Source: the human T2T-CHM13v2.0 reference genome, Homo sapiens. From it: DNA of 64,000 bases. Location of the stretch: NCBI RefSeq assembly GCF_009914755.1, contig NC_060931.1; one strand, 5' to 3'. Shown piece after piece: positions 26,617 to 41,300 of the stretch. Position numbers and translations under genes: made by a program. The notes under the pieces are model-generated. The model ran no database searches. It worked only from the letters and a program-made list of their open reading frames with translations, and was not told the DNA's origin. Positions within the stretch are counted from its first letter, which is position 1. Every line of letters begins with the position of its first letter.

Positions 26617-26998
26617 TTTCAAAGCAATGAGTTCTGTATTACATCTGCCTAAATTTTAATTACTTTCCAAAAGATTACAGCTCAAACAATGGGAAGAGTC
26701 AACAAATAAAAAGAAATAAAAGATTTTGAGAAAGGCATTGTGATAAGAGATAGCTTTTCCAATTAAAAACACCTTTAAGAGTAAATATTTTAAAAAATAA
26801 TATGTGGTTAATGTAAAGATATGTAAGAGAGTGCCATAGTGAACTGATATTTAAAAACTCAAGTTGCTTACAAAATCGTGGACATGATAGGATATCAAAC
26901 AATGCATTTTCATCAGACTGATTTTGATCTGTGCATCTAATGCAGTTCGTAATAGAGAAAGAATGAATTCTAAACCTCCATACATACAAACCAAAATT

Positions 26999-27028
26999 AC
27001 ACACACGCCACACACAGACACACACACA
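26999..27028. repeat. Imperfect (CA)n microsatellite
   Basis: acacacacgccacacacagacacacacaca. Confidence 0.8.
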
Positions 27029-27429
27029 TTGATGTGAGTGTGTGAACTTAGCAGTTCACCTATTTCGGCCACCATTTTCCATCAAATCTTCATGTTAAAT
27101 CTGGTTGTGTGAAGATCTAATTGGGTTTACACCTATATGCTTACAAATCCTACTAGTAATATGTTTAATTCATTTATTTAGCTTTCAGGAACCTCTATTT
27201 TATGCTAAATATCCTCAGCATTTATATTCAATGGTGGTGTAACACTACTTTGAATTTACTGTCATATTTCAGCATCGATTTCTGGTTGCTTTCTTTCATC
27301 TCTGCAACTGCATAGTTAGTCCAGTTGGGTCACCAGGTCTTGCCTACTATTAAGTGTTATGCCTATAATTGAAAAGTCATTAAAGCAAGTTACTTAAATG
27401 ATTTGCCAAGGATATGTATCCAATCATTA

Positions 27430-27630
27430 GTCCAATGACAGATAATCTTTTATTGGAAACAGTTCATGGGTTGGCATTATCCACTGTATACAGAACAGAA
27501 TTGGGAATTTATTTAGTAATTTGTTTAGTAAACCTAGATAAATATTTGAAAACTTATATTGAGCTTTCCTCTGTTTTGTGGTCATTTTGGTAGCTCTATC
27601 AAAAGCTGTGGGTATTATTCTTCTCATTCA
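27430..27630 (-). other. Candidate terminal exon (unverified)
   Basis: Minus-strand acceptor tatttttctccttttttcaccAG (AG at 27632-27631) and AATAAA at 27454-27449, in apparently unique sequence. Confidence 0.3.
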
Positions 27631-29808
27631 CTGGTGAAAAAAGGAGAAAAATAGAATAAACATCCAAATTTCTGGCATAATAGCAATTCTGCAATTATTA
27701 TACTGAAGAACACACCAAGAACATTAGAGTTAGAATGGATTTCAACTGAAAATATTCTCCAGATCCTTATGCATACTTGACTCTATATAAATCATTTTTG
27801 GAAGGTTCAAAAGAAGTGTAGGATAAGATTATCCTGAAGAGCTATAATTTTTGTCGGGTTTAAGATCTATTTTTCCCTGTTAACATGAATACTTCCAATT
27901 TTTTAATGAAATATAATTATAATGTTTATAAAATACAACATTGTAGAATGAAATTACATATTTTAGTAGGAAAATAGAATCACAGAAAAATGATTTCTAA
28001 AGCAGCAACTTTTATTTAACTCCCAGAGTAAAAAACTATCAATTCTTGCCATGCAACAACTCAATAAAAAGAAAACGCGCTAACTATGATCTTTTGTGGA
28101 GGTGCCGAGTACTGGCACTAAAAACTTCTGCTATATGGAAGTAAGATGGAAATTTTTAGTGTGTGAACCCTATACCATGTAATTTTAAATGGTTTGTTAG
28201 TACCCAAAAAAGCATCTTTGGGTAAAGTGAAATAAATACCTTAGAGAAAAATAACTTGCTGAAAAGTACAAGTTGATGAATTACATAAAATTTCAACAGT
28301 CAATGTAAGCTCTGGATCTTCTGTTTTTATACATATTTTGTATTCATTTGCCAAGTCAAAAATCTTAAAAGCCAGTCACCACAACCTCCATCTAACAGGT
28401 CTTTCCACTGCACTGACAGCTGCTCTCACCTTTATAAACTAGCCCATTCTCTCATGGAGTTTTTGCCCTGATGCAGACTGCAGTGACCTTTCTATAACTG
28501 AGTCATGAATCCCTAAACACAGAGACGAAATCACCCACGATGCCTTACATATGGTGGTGTGAATGTCTACAATAATTGCTCTGTAATTACATGGTAATTA
28601 TTGACCATTTAAGTACATTTAAGAACAGGGTGACTATGTAATCAAAGACTAATTATCTGATTATTTCTGTCTTTTAAACTGTGGGCTTATAAGATATAAA
28701 AATTGCAAGTAACATGGTGATTAGTCATTGAACTACATAGTAACTTGCAGCAGAATTATGAAGTAATCTGTAGAAAATGTATTTGTATTGTCGTACTCCT
28801 GGACAGTAATTGAAAAGTAGTTATATGGTAATACACATTCTATGGAGTGAAAACAGAAAAAAAACTATCAAGACATTATGCTAATAGAGCATAAATATGT
28901 TAACCAAAATATTACATGATTCATTAGAGCAATATATGAATGGGATATATCTTTCGCAAGACAGGTAATTGGTACCTTAAATTAGAATTTCTATGGTTTC
29001 TCTATAAAATACAGAAGTGCCACTGTGCCTTTTAATAGTTCTTATAAAATTCCGTTGCATATTTCTTTAAAAAATTGCTGTGATATGACAAATAACTTGG
29101 GCACGGACAGATAAAAGGAAGGTCAAAAAAGATGGAGTTCAGAATTTGGTCTATTGCACTGGGATTCAGTGGCTAAACCCAATCAAGGGGGTAGTTTAAC
29201 TTCATTAGCAATTACTGGGACCCAAGTTGGAGTCGTTTACAAACCCTCAACATTTTCTTCCTAAAATAATGAAGTAACATGAGAAGTATATGGGTAAGTA
29301 TTTACAATGATTCTGAAACACACTAAAAATATTTACCTAAAATATTTTAAAAGCTTCTACTTTAAATTAGAAAAGGAAATAATAAAGAAGTTTCCCCTAA
29401 GAATTCATTTGATGTAGGCTGAATGTAGAAATTTCCTGAAGAAATACAGAAATGGTGGAGTTTTGAAGATGGGCAAGAAGAGAAGGGTTTGGAGAAACTA
29501 TGGCTTAACATGTGTTTGTTATAAAAGTTGAAAATCAACTATTTTGTTGAGCAGTGATGCTAAAAATGAGTAACCTTTAATCTTTAAAGTCTATTTAAAT
29601 AAATAACTACTTTTTTCTTGGTAATATGATTAAAAACATTAATATGAGCCCTGAAATAAAGATCATGTTGATTCCATCATGAAGTAATTATAATAATATT
29701 TTGTACATAATAAAGGTATGGAACTCTAAAATGAAAAATGGATTCTACATGAAAAATATATCACTCTACATGAAAAATGTATTGGAGCAATAGTTATAAA
29801 TCCCTTAC

Positions 29809-29836
29809 CTAAGGAATATGAATAATTTGACCACAT
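29809..29836 (-). other. Candidate 28-nt micro-exon (unverified)
   Basis: catttctttAG|ATGTGGTCAAATTATTCATATTCCTTAG|GTAAGG on the minus strand. Confidence 0.25.
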
Positions 29837-29947
29837 CTAAAGAAATGATAATGCTCTCAAAACTAAACTTGATTACTTTCAAATTCTGATTATTTGACAT
29901 AGTGTTAATATCATAATTTTTTAGTGATTTTCTACTTTCTCCAACAG

Positions 29948-30022
29948 GTCCATGAAACAAAATACACTTTTGAGTATTGTTGCATGGCTTATTTTGGATT
30001 GTCAATTTACATTGTTTGCCTG
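29948..30022 (+). other. Candidate 75-nt internal exon (unverified)
   Basis: ttttctactttctccaacAG|...CTG|GTATGT; open in two of three frames. Confidence 0.3.
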
Positions 30023-31289
30023 GTATGTTCCTTCTCTTTGGAATTCTACACTATAATAAAGTATGAAATCTTCTCAAATATTCTCTTGTCCAATTAGTTA
30101 GATACAAATACTTAGTCAAGTGAAATGCTATAAGTAGTAACTTATAAAGTTGTTACTCTTTTGACCTGAGCAGCTACTCATAAAGTGAAATCAAAATGGA
30201 CTGGAGTAGATTTATTTGATCAGGATCGATTAATTCATGTATCATTACTGAAGTATTTCCTTTGATTGAGAGCTCATTAAAGGTGTCTGCTTTACATCAA
30301 AATGTCAATAATGCTTCTAAAATGGAAATGCCATTTTATTAAGGCTGTGTTTTTTAAAGTAATAACTTAAAATTATTTACAATTGCTTTTCAAAAAATAA
30401 AATTTACAGTCCTAATTTTTTTAAAAAAATTATATACACTGTTTTACGAAGCATACAAAAAGAGAAAATAATGAAAAACTATCATGTTCTGAGTTATGCC
30501 TTTGGTCATCCTGAGAAAAGGAGTTAATAAGTAATTAACAAGGCTTGTCATTCTGTATATACAATAACTCATCTCAAATTGCCTTCTCCCTTGATCCCTT
30601 TTCAGAAAAAAACCCTGTATGGAAGTATGATTGACCTATAAATAGTTTTACATGCCTCCCTTGATTTCTTCTTAACTTATATAACCTTCAATTTAAAATT
30701 TATACCTCCTTTATAAAGAGGTGAGGCTTGAAAATTGGATCACATATATTAAACATGAAACAATGTTTTAATTGAGTTTACCATACGATATTGGGATTTC
30801 CATGAAAATACAGATGAGATAAAGCTACCCATTATATCGAATTCCTGAGGAGATATGTGCCATATACAAGATATAGCAAGGTAGTTCAAACTGACTTCTT
30901 GCCAATCTCACAAAGAATAATTCATGTAACTTACAATTAGACTAAATCTTTCCTTTGTCTCTCATTTCTCCCACTAATTCGTTGTTCTTGTATAGAATGT
31001 CATTTTCTATAAGACAAAGATGCTAGCAGAAAATGTCATGAATGAATACAAACTTTATTTCCCGGTTCATTTTATCTAGGCTATTTTCTTTACAAAATAA
31101 CTTCAGAATATATACAATGTAATCAAATAACTTAAATTTAAACCAAAAAAATCTATAAAATATGAAATACCATGATAACTTTAGACCATTTAATATCATC
31201 TCCAAATATTGTCACAGACATGTTATAATTACTTCTACATTTCTATATTAGAAAATACACATAAAGTGCAGCTTGTTTCTCCAAATACA

Positions 31290-33075
31290 CTTATCTATTC
31301 CTTAAAAATCTGGTACACCAAAGGGAATGCTGACTTTTACCACATATAATCAGTCTTTCAGTAGAGGCTATTTCATTGGACGCTATAACTAAAGCAATAA
31401 AGAAAAAGAGAAATAAACTGAAAGTATCTAAATTGAAAGAGAAGAAAAAAAACAATGTTTTCTTTGAAGACAAAAATGATCTTGTGTGTAGAATATTCCA
31501 ATTTTAGAGCCCAACAAAAACATCACTGGAATTTATAAATAAGTTTGGCAAGGGCACAAGATTCAAAATCAATACAGAAAAATTAACTATTTCTATATAC
31601 TAGCAAGTAATAATCATACGGTAAAGTCAAAAAATTATTCCACGTATGGTAGTTTCTAAGACTAAAATATTTAGAAATGCATTTAACCAAAGAATGGAAA
31701 CTTGCATTATAAGAACTAAGAAACGTTGCTGCGAGTATTGAAGAAGGACTAAATGAAGTAAGAGACAGTTTATGTTCATAGATTGGAAAATAAAAATGCC
31801 AAGATAGTAATTGTGAAAAATAAATGTAATAAAATCCTTATCAAAATGACAGCAGATTTTTTTTTGAGAAATCAACAAGATGATTCTATGTGGAGAGAAA
31901 GAACCCAGAAAAGCCAAAAGATTTTGAAAAGGAAGAAGAAAATTGGAAAAGTTACACTATCTGATTTAGAAACTTTCTACAGAAGCTATAGAAATCAGGA
32001 TTGTGGTATTGGTATAAGAATAGGCATATAAATAAATGAAAAATTAAAGAAAAAATACTCAATATTTATGGTCAATAGATTTTTGAGAAGGGCATCAAAC
32101 AATTCAATAGAGAAAATAATAGAACTTTTATCATGCTAGTGAGATAATTAGATATCAATATGCAAAAAAAAAATGAAGTTAGGCCTTCCCTTTAAACCAT
32201 ATACAAAAATTGCAATGAATCCTACATCCAAATAAATGGATCATGTTCTCAGAACTATATCCATATCGTTCTCATAACTCAGAACACTGTAGTACTTTTA
32301 GAATAAAATATAGGAGAAATTCTTCACGACCTTTGGGTTAGGGAAAATGTTCCCAGATATAACACCAAAAGAATAGCTCAGAAAAATAAATTAAACTTCA
32401 CAAGGAACAACAAGAAACCTAAAATGTCATGAGACCTACAAAAAAAAAAAAGACAAAATGGTAGATGGAAAACCAACCATATCAATAATTTCATAAATAT
32501 GAATGGACTAACACATGAATCAAATGTCAGAGATTGTCAGCTAGGATACAAAACAAGATCTAACTATACATACTGTCTACAAGAATTATGCTTTAGAACC
32601 AAATATATATATGGATTAAGTGTGAAAGACTGGAAAACAGCTATTCCACATAAATAGTAAAACTAAGAGAGCTGGAGTGGATTTATTAATATATGAGAAA
32701 ATAAACTTTAAGTAAAAATAGTGTTAGAGATGCACAGTTATGTTTCATATTGATAAAACAGTGAATATATAAGAAATACATAATAATAATAAATGTATAT
32801 ACATATAGCAATAAATCACCAAAATGCATGAAGTGAAAAGTGACAAAATTGAAATGAAAAATAGACAATTTAACACATATGCAGATGTATAAATGCCATT
32901 CTCTTAATATTTGATAAGACCGTTAGAAAATCGGTAAAGACATGGAGTCCTAAACATTATCAAGCATATACACTAGAACTGACATAGAACACCCCACCTA
33001 CCAACAGGAGCTACATGCTGTTTTAGAGTGTCCATAGAATATTACCAAGGAAATAAAATATATTAGGCAATTAAA
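31290..33075 (+). mobile_element. Old L1M ORF2 fragments (RT/C-terminal part ~31290-32400, then endonuclease part ~32440-33075)
   Basis: A-rich L1 ORF2-like sequence (e.g. ILKRKKKIGKVTLSDLETFYR) with many stops and frameshifts. Confidence 0.8.
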
Positions 33076-35281
33076 ATTATAAGTGAAAGTCTTTCCTTGA
33101 CAAAGTCAGTCTGTAAACTATTCTGCAAATGGGCAGACACCATTGCAAGAATAAAAGGATCACAAAGAATAAGGGTTACATGACACTACTAAAGGAAACT
33201 AATAAAATTCCCATAACCAACTCTAACGAAATGAAAGTCTACAAAGTACCTGTCAAAGAATTCAAACTAATTATCTTTAATAAACTCAGTGAACTAAAAG
33301 AGAACACAGATAGACAACTAAACAACTGACTATAAACAGAAAGTTCAGCAAATAAACATAAACCATAAAATACAGAAATCCTACAGCTGAAGAAGACAAT
33401 AAGTCAACTAAAACTTTCAACAGACAGCCTCTATAGTAGACTCAGTCAATAGTAGATTCAATCAGAACAAAGAACAGTAGATTCAATTAATCAGGTGAAT
33501 GAATGAACTTGAAAACAGGTCATCTGAAATTCTCCGATCATAAAAGCAAAAAGAACAAGAATAAATAGACTGAATAAAGCTTACAAGACTTTTGAGATAC
33601 CACCGTGTGAAACAATATATGCATTATATAAGTTTCAAAATGAGAAGAGATAAGAAAAGGGAAGAAAACTTATTTAAAAGTTATTATTTTTAAAAGTTAT
33701 TATTTAAAAAAATAATAGCTAAAAACTTTCTAATTCTGGGAATGGAAATGGACATCCAGATTCATGAATCCACAAGTAACCGAAATAGTTTTAAACCTAA
33801 AGAAGTCTACAATGAGAAACATTATAATTAAATTGTGAAAAGGCAAAGACAAAGAGAGAATTTTGAAAGCAATAACTCATCACAGAAAAAAGGCAACACC
33901 TATAAACTATCAGCAGATTTCTCAGCAGAAATGTTTCAGTCCAGGAGCGGGTGGAGTGATACATTCAAAGTACTGAAAGCAAAAAATTGTCAACCAAAAG
34001 TACTCAGCAAAACTGTCCTTCAAAAATCAAAGATAGATAATTTCCCAGATAAACAATAACTAAGGGAAATCCTTATCACTAGATATATCCTGCAAGAAGT
34101 ACTAAGGAAGTTCTTCAAGTTCAAATGAATACATGCTATTCAGCAACATGAAAGCCTATGATAGTACAAATCTCACTTGTAAAGGTAAATATGTAGGCAA
34201 ATATACAATGTTCTAATACTGAAATGTTATATAAATCATTTTAAATACTAGTAAAAAATTAAGAGACAAAATTATTACTTATAACTATCACCACAAATTT
34301 TGTTTAATAAATAAACAATAGAAAAATAATAAGTAAACTCTGATAACAATAACAAACTACACGTGGAGGAGAATAAAAGTATAGAAGGCTCATATACAGT
34401 TAAAGAAAAGTTGTTATCAGCTAAAAGTAGACTGTTATAATTACAAGAGGTTAGTCCAGGCTTATGGTAACTATAAAATAAACAAAGGTAGTAGATATGC
34501 AAAAGACAAAGAGGAAAAAATCAAAGCATACCACTACAATAAAATTACCAAACCACAAAGAAAGCCAGGAGAAGAGGAGGGGAACAATATAACTACAAAA
34601 CAGACAAAAAACAATGGACAAAGTGGGAACAGTAAAACCTTAGCCAACAATATTCACTTTAAATGTAAATGAATTAAACGGTTTAATCAAAAGACATAGA
34701 GTAGATGAATGGACAAAAACAAAGAACCAACTAGATGCTTTCTCCCAAAACAGGACCCAACTAGATTCTCTCTATAAGAGACTCACCTTAGATTTGAAGA
34801 CACACATAGGCTGAAAGTGAATCAATAGAAGAAAGATAATCTTGGAAATGGAAACCAAAAGAGTTGGGATGACTATACTTAGACAAAAATAGACAAAGTA
34901 AAAAAAAGAAAAAATACAAGAGACAAAAAGTAGAATACATTTTCTTTTAAAGCACACACAGAATATTCTCTGGGATAAAGCACATATTAGTCACGAAACA
35001 AATCTGAAAATTTAAGAAGATTGATTATTTCAAGTATGTTTCCTGACCATAAAGGAACAAATATAGAAATCAATTGCAGAAAGAAAACTGAACAATCACA
35101 AATGCATGTGAATAAAATAAACTCTCGAAAAGTCACTGGGTGAGAAAAGAAATCAAAAAGGAAATTAGAGAATATCATGAGACAAAAATGAAAACAACAT
35201 ATCAAAGCTTATGGGATACAGCAAAAGCAGTATGAAGAGGGAAGTTTATGGCAATAAATATCTCTTTTAAAAAGAATAAAT

Positions 35282-35603
35282 GGCAAGGCACAGTGGCTCA
35301 CACTTGTAATCCCAAAATTTTGGAAGGCCAAAGTAGCAGGATTGTTAAGACAAGGAGTTCAAGATTAGCCTTGTCAACACAGTGAGAACTGTCTCAACAA
35401 AAAAACAAAATAATTAGCCAGGCATGATCGTGTGAGTCTGTAGTTCCAGCTACTCAGGAGGCTGAGGCAGCAGGATTGCTTGAGCCTAGGAGTTCAAGGC
35501 AGTAGCAAGCTATGAATGTGCCATAAAACTCTGGCCTGGGTGACAGAGTAAGGCCCTGTCTCTTAAAAAAAGAAAAAAAAAGAAAGAAAGAAAGAAAGAA
35601 AAA
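35282..35603 (+). mobile_element. AluJ with (GAAA)n tail
   Basis: J-type dimer; TSD ttaaaaagaataaat / taaaaagaacaagt. Confidence 0.95.
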
Positions 35604-35655
35604 TTAAAAAGAACAAGTATCTCAAATCAACAACCTAACTTTATACCTCAAGTAA

Positions 35656-36075
<420 letters not shown>

Positions 36076-37990
36076 TGTTTTTTTTAAGATAAACAAAATT
36101 GATGAATTCTTATCGATAGACGTACTAAGAAAAAAAGAGAGAAGACCCAAATAATGAAACAGGAGTGAATACAACCAACGCCACAGAAATAAAAATAACA
36201 AAAAGGACTGTTATGAACAATTATATGCTAACAAATTGGACAATCAAGAAATGAATAAATCCATAGGAATATACAAGCTACTAAGACAGAAAGAAGAAAT
36301 AGAAACACTTTAAAGATCGGTAATGAATAAAGAGTTCCAATTAGCAATAAAAACCTATCAATAAAGAAAATCTCAGGACCAGATGGCTTCACAGGTGAAT
36401 TTTACCAAACATTTAAAAAAGAATTAATACCAATCCTTTTAAAAGTCTTCCAAAAATATAGAAGGGATAAGGAATACTTCCAAACTCATATGAGGTCAGC
36501 ATCACCTTGATAACAAAGTAATGACACTACAAGAAAAGAAAATCATATCCCTGATGAACATGAATGCAATATCCCTAATTAACCTGGATGCAAAAATCAT
36601 CAATAAAATATTTAGCAAATCAAGTTCAACAGCATATTAAAACAATTTTGTACCATGACCAAGTGATATTTATCTCTGGGATGCAAGGACAATTTAACAC
36701 ATGCAAATCAATTAATGGGATACATGACATTAGCAAACAAAAGAAGGAGAATAACCACAAAACAATCTCAAAAGATGTTGGAAAAGCATTTGATAAAATT
36801 CAACACTCTCTCATGCTAAACCACTCAACAAATTAGTTATATATTAGATATAGAAGGAAGCTGTCTCAACACAATAATGGTCACATATGAATATCCTACA
36901 ACTAAAATCATACTCAACAGAGAAATGCTGAAAGCTTTTCCTCTAAGATGTGAAAGAAGGCAAGGATGCTCATTCTCACCACTTCTATTCAGCATAGTCC
37001 TGGAAGTGCCAGCAAGAGCAATTAAGAAAGGAAAAAAAAAAACAACAAGGCATCCAAATTAGATAAGAAGAAATAAAATAATATCTGTTTGCTGGTGGCA
37101 TTATATAAGAAAACTGTAAAAACCTCAAAACTGAGGGAATTAAAAATCAAAATGAATCAAGTTACAAGATAGGTAGTAAACACAGAAAAAGCAGTTGCAT
37201 TTCTATCCACAAACTATGAACTATCCCAAAATGAAATCAGAAATACCGTCCCATTTACAATATCACCAAAAAGAAAAATACACCCAAGAATAAATATAAC
37301 CAAGAAGGTGAAAGACTAGTAAGTTGAAAAATTTAAAACCCTCATAAAAGAAATAAAACAAGACACAAACAAATGGATAGTGATCCTTGAGTATGGATTG
37401 GAAAATTTAATATTATTAAAATATTCATTCTAGCTAAAATTCATCTATATATTCAGTGCAATCCCTATCAAAATATCAAAGATATTTTTATACAGAAATA
37501 GAAAAATAATTCTAAAATTCATACAGAACCACAAAAGACCACAAATAGCCAGAGCAATTTTGAACAAAGCTGAAGGAATCACACTTCCTACAGTAATCAC
37601 GATAGTCTAGTACTGACATAAAGACAGATCTATAGAGCAATGGAACACAATAGAGAGCCCAGAAGTGAAGCCACAAATATACAGTCAACTGATATTTGAT
37701 GAAGATGCCAAGAATACACAACAGAGTAAAGAGAGTATCTTCAATACATGGTGTTTGTAAAATTAGATATCCCCCTCCAAAAGAATGAAATCAGACACTT
37801 ATCCCATAGACAAAAATTAACTCAAAACGGATTAAAGACTTAAATGCACAATTTGAAACAACAACAACAAAACAAAACTTTCAGAAGAAAACATAGGTAA
37901 AAACCTTGTTAACATTGATCTTGACAATGATTACTTCGATGTGGCACCAAAAGCACAGGCAACAAAAACAAAAATAAATACGTGGGACTG

Positions 37991-38276
37991 GGCTGGGCGC
38001 GGTGGCTCACGCCTGTAATCCCAGCACTTTGGGAGGCCAAGGCGGGTGGATCACCTGAGGTTGGAAGTTTGAGACCAGGCTGACCAACATGGAGAAACCC
38101 CGTCTCTACTAATAATACAAAATTAGCCAGGCGTGGCGGCGCATGCCTGTAATACCAGCTACTCAGGAGGCTGAGGCAGGAGAATCCCTTGAACCTAGAA
38201 GGCGGAGTTTGTGGTGAGCTGAGATCATGCGTTTGCTGGAAGCTCCAGTCTGGGCAACAAGAGCAAATCTCTGTCT

Positions 38277-38308
<32 letters not shown>
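37991..38308 (+). mobile_element. AluSp-like, long pure A tail
   Basis: ctgaccaacatggagaaacccc and gggcaacaagagc are Sp diagnostics. About 30 A in the tail; TSD core tgggact on both sides. Confidence 0.96.
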
Positions 38309-38311
<3 letters not shown>

Positions 38312-41300
38312 GACTACATCAAACCAAAAAGCTTCTGCACAACAAAGAAACAAGCAACAAAATGAAATGGTACTCTATGCAGTGGGAGAAAACATTTGCA
38401 AACCATGTATTTGAAAAGTGGTTAATTTCCAAAATATATAAGGAACTCCTACACCTCAATAGCAAAACAAAACAAAATAAACAAAAAACAACAAAATAAC
38501 CCAGTTACAAAATGGGGAAAGGACTTGAACAGACATTTTTCCAAAAAAGATACAATGATGCTCAACAGTTGTATAAAAAGATGCTCAATATTGCTAACCC
38601 TCAAGGAAATGCAAATCAAAGCCACAATGAGATATCGCCTTATTCCTGTCAGGATGGCTATCACCCAAAAACATAAGATAATAACTGTTGGTAAAGTTAT
38701 GGAGAAATCGGAATGCTTGTATACTTTTGGTAAGAATGAAAATGTTGCAGCCACTATGATAAAATAGTATAGAGATTCCTCAAAAAAAAAATTGAACTAC
38801 CATATGTTCTAGTGATCCCACTTTTGAATATGTATCTGAAATAATGGAAATCAGAATGTCAAAGACATATCTTAACACCATGTTTATTGCAGCATTATTC
38901 ACAATAGCCAAGACATGAAAACAACCCAAATCTTCATCAGCAGATGAATGGATAAAGAAAATTTGGCATTTTATGCATTGGAAGGTTATTCACCCTTTAA
39001 AAAGATGGAAATCCTAGCATTTGTGACAACACGGATGGACCTGGACATTATACTAAGTGAAATAAGCCAGTCACAGAAGGACAAACACTGCATGATTCCT
39101 CTTACATGATGCATCTGAAACAGTCTCATGTATAGAAATAGATAGTAAAATGGTAGTTACCAAGCAACGGTGGAGGTGGGATATGGGGAGCTGTTGCTTA
39201 GTGAGTGTAAAGTTTGTTATACAAAATGAGTAAATCATTTTGTAATTGGACCAATTACAAAATTGAGCACTATGGTGCTCATAGTTAATAATAAATTACT
39301 CACACTTAAAAATTGATCAGAGTAGATATCCTGTTAATTGTTCTTACTCCAAAACAAAAACAAAACAAAGGGACACCAGGGAACTTTTGGATGTAATGTA
39401 TATGTTTGTTACCTTGATTATGGTGATAGTAGTGAGAATGTATACATATGTCTAAACTCACCAAATTTCATTAATTATGTGTGGTTTCATATTTTTGTAT
39501 ACCAATTATTCCTCAAAGCTGGGGAAAAATAATGAACCAAATCCCACACTGTCATGTTTTCCTTGCACTAATACATGAAATAAGATACATGAAGTATTGT
39601 AAAGATGAATAAAGCTTAATCAGTATGGCAAAAATAAAATAGCATTCATAAAAGTGATTGTATAACTTCATAAATTTACTAAAAACATCAATAAACTTCA
39701 CCCCTAGAATGGGTTAATCATGTGGTATGCAAATTATATTTCCTAACCCTGTTTTAATGCTGAAACATGAAAGTTAAGCAAGGGTTTTTAAAAATCTCAT
39801 TTGTAATTTCAAATCTTACATAACATACAGTCTTCTTGATAGCCATGTTAACTCAGTAATGAAAAGCACAGTCCTAGAATGGCTATTCAGTTCCTCAGAC
39901 AGCACACTATAAAGGTTTACACTTAGTATATGACCTTTGCTCACCTTCACATTGTTGATTTGCTTTAATTCTTAATCAAAATCCAGAGGTGTGTATTTTA
40001 TCACAAACTAAATATTCATAGTATGTGGACTGACTTCCAGGGGTAACCACTTCAGGGTATAATACTCAGGTTTTTATTACTGATCACAATATACCTTTTT
40101 TATTCTCTATAATAATTTGAAAAATAATTTTAATTAATCTCGTGTAGCATGAATTTTCATGTGATATGCAGAAAAACATCATTGAGCATGTTTTTCTCAT
40201 TTATATACTACTCATTTGTGGACTTATCACATCATTTATTTAATATTTCTCTTAAGTAAAATATTTATTAACATGCACAGACCCTGTACTTAGTCTTCCA
40301 AGGAAGAAGCTAATGATATTATGCCAGAATCAATAGTATCATTTAATAAAGGAACATTCCCATACATCATTTTGGGAGGTATAATATTTGTTATTAACTT
40401 TGCAATTGTTGCTATAATACTATCAGCAAACATGTGACATATTTACTATAAAGATGCAATTTTAATGATGCCTTGGAAGCGCTGGTCTTTTCCTTGCCTT
40501 TGGCAAAAATAATAATAATTTATATTGTAAACATTGTATTATGTATGTTCTGACATAACTCAATTGGTTTACCAGAGAGGTGATTGTGCTTTGTTTGAAA
40601 ATTAAACAAAAGTTCATGGCCCAAATTGGCAGGGATGTCTAACCTAAAAAGCTCTGGGGTAAGTTAAAAAAATCATCAATCCAATTAAATCTCATTTTAA
40701 AAGACTTTTATCTTCATAATTCCTATCATACTTTTCTGTTTTGACTGCTTGTGCAAAGTCATCACAGTTGCTAATTCGTTTATCTGAGAATATACAGATT
40801 TACCTTCTACATTGGTAATATAGTTTAGTTTACTATTTGAGTTACAAATTTATGAGTGGTTTTATTTTTTCATTACTTTCCTATTGCAGTGATTTATTTC
40901 AAGTTTTGTTTCATTTTCTACAAATTGTGGAAAGAACTCAACGTAATAGTAACAATGCCAACTACATATTTAAAACACATAAGCAGTAACAGGCAAATGA
41001 TATGAATATATTGGCTGAGGGGAAATGTAGCCTGTTAGCTGAACATGTTCTGAGACAAACTGATCAACACTGTCTTCTTTTTAGCCTTGATAGAACCTTT
41101 TGAATTCAATGATTTATAGTATGGTAGGATATCTATGAAAATGGTAATCTTCCTTTTCAAATGTATGCAATGTATATGAATGCAACTATTTCATTGTGGC
41201 TGCATCTGAAGCCACCAGACTCCTTCTTGATAGACCACAATGATCCACTAGTAGCAGGTAGTTGACACCTTGAGAAACACTGCATTAAGAATATTGTTGG

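Noticed and set aside
31270-31392. Apparent minus-strand exon with a strong acceptor (tttctttattgctttag)
   Set aside because: The pyrimidine tract is the antisense of A-rich L1 ORF2, and there is no good donor.
39940-40110. Minus-strand donor AAG|GTGAGC near 39944 as a coding exon
   Set aside because: All frames upstream contain stops and no convincing acceptor pairs with it.
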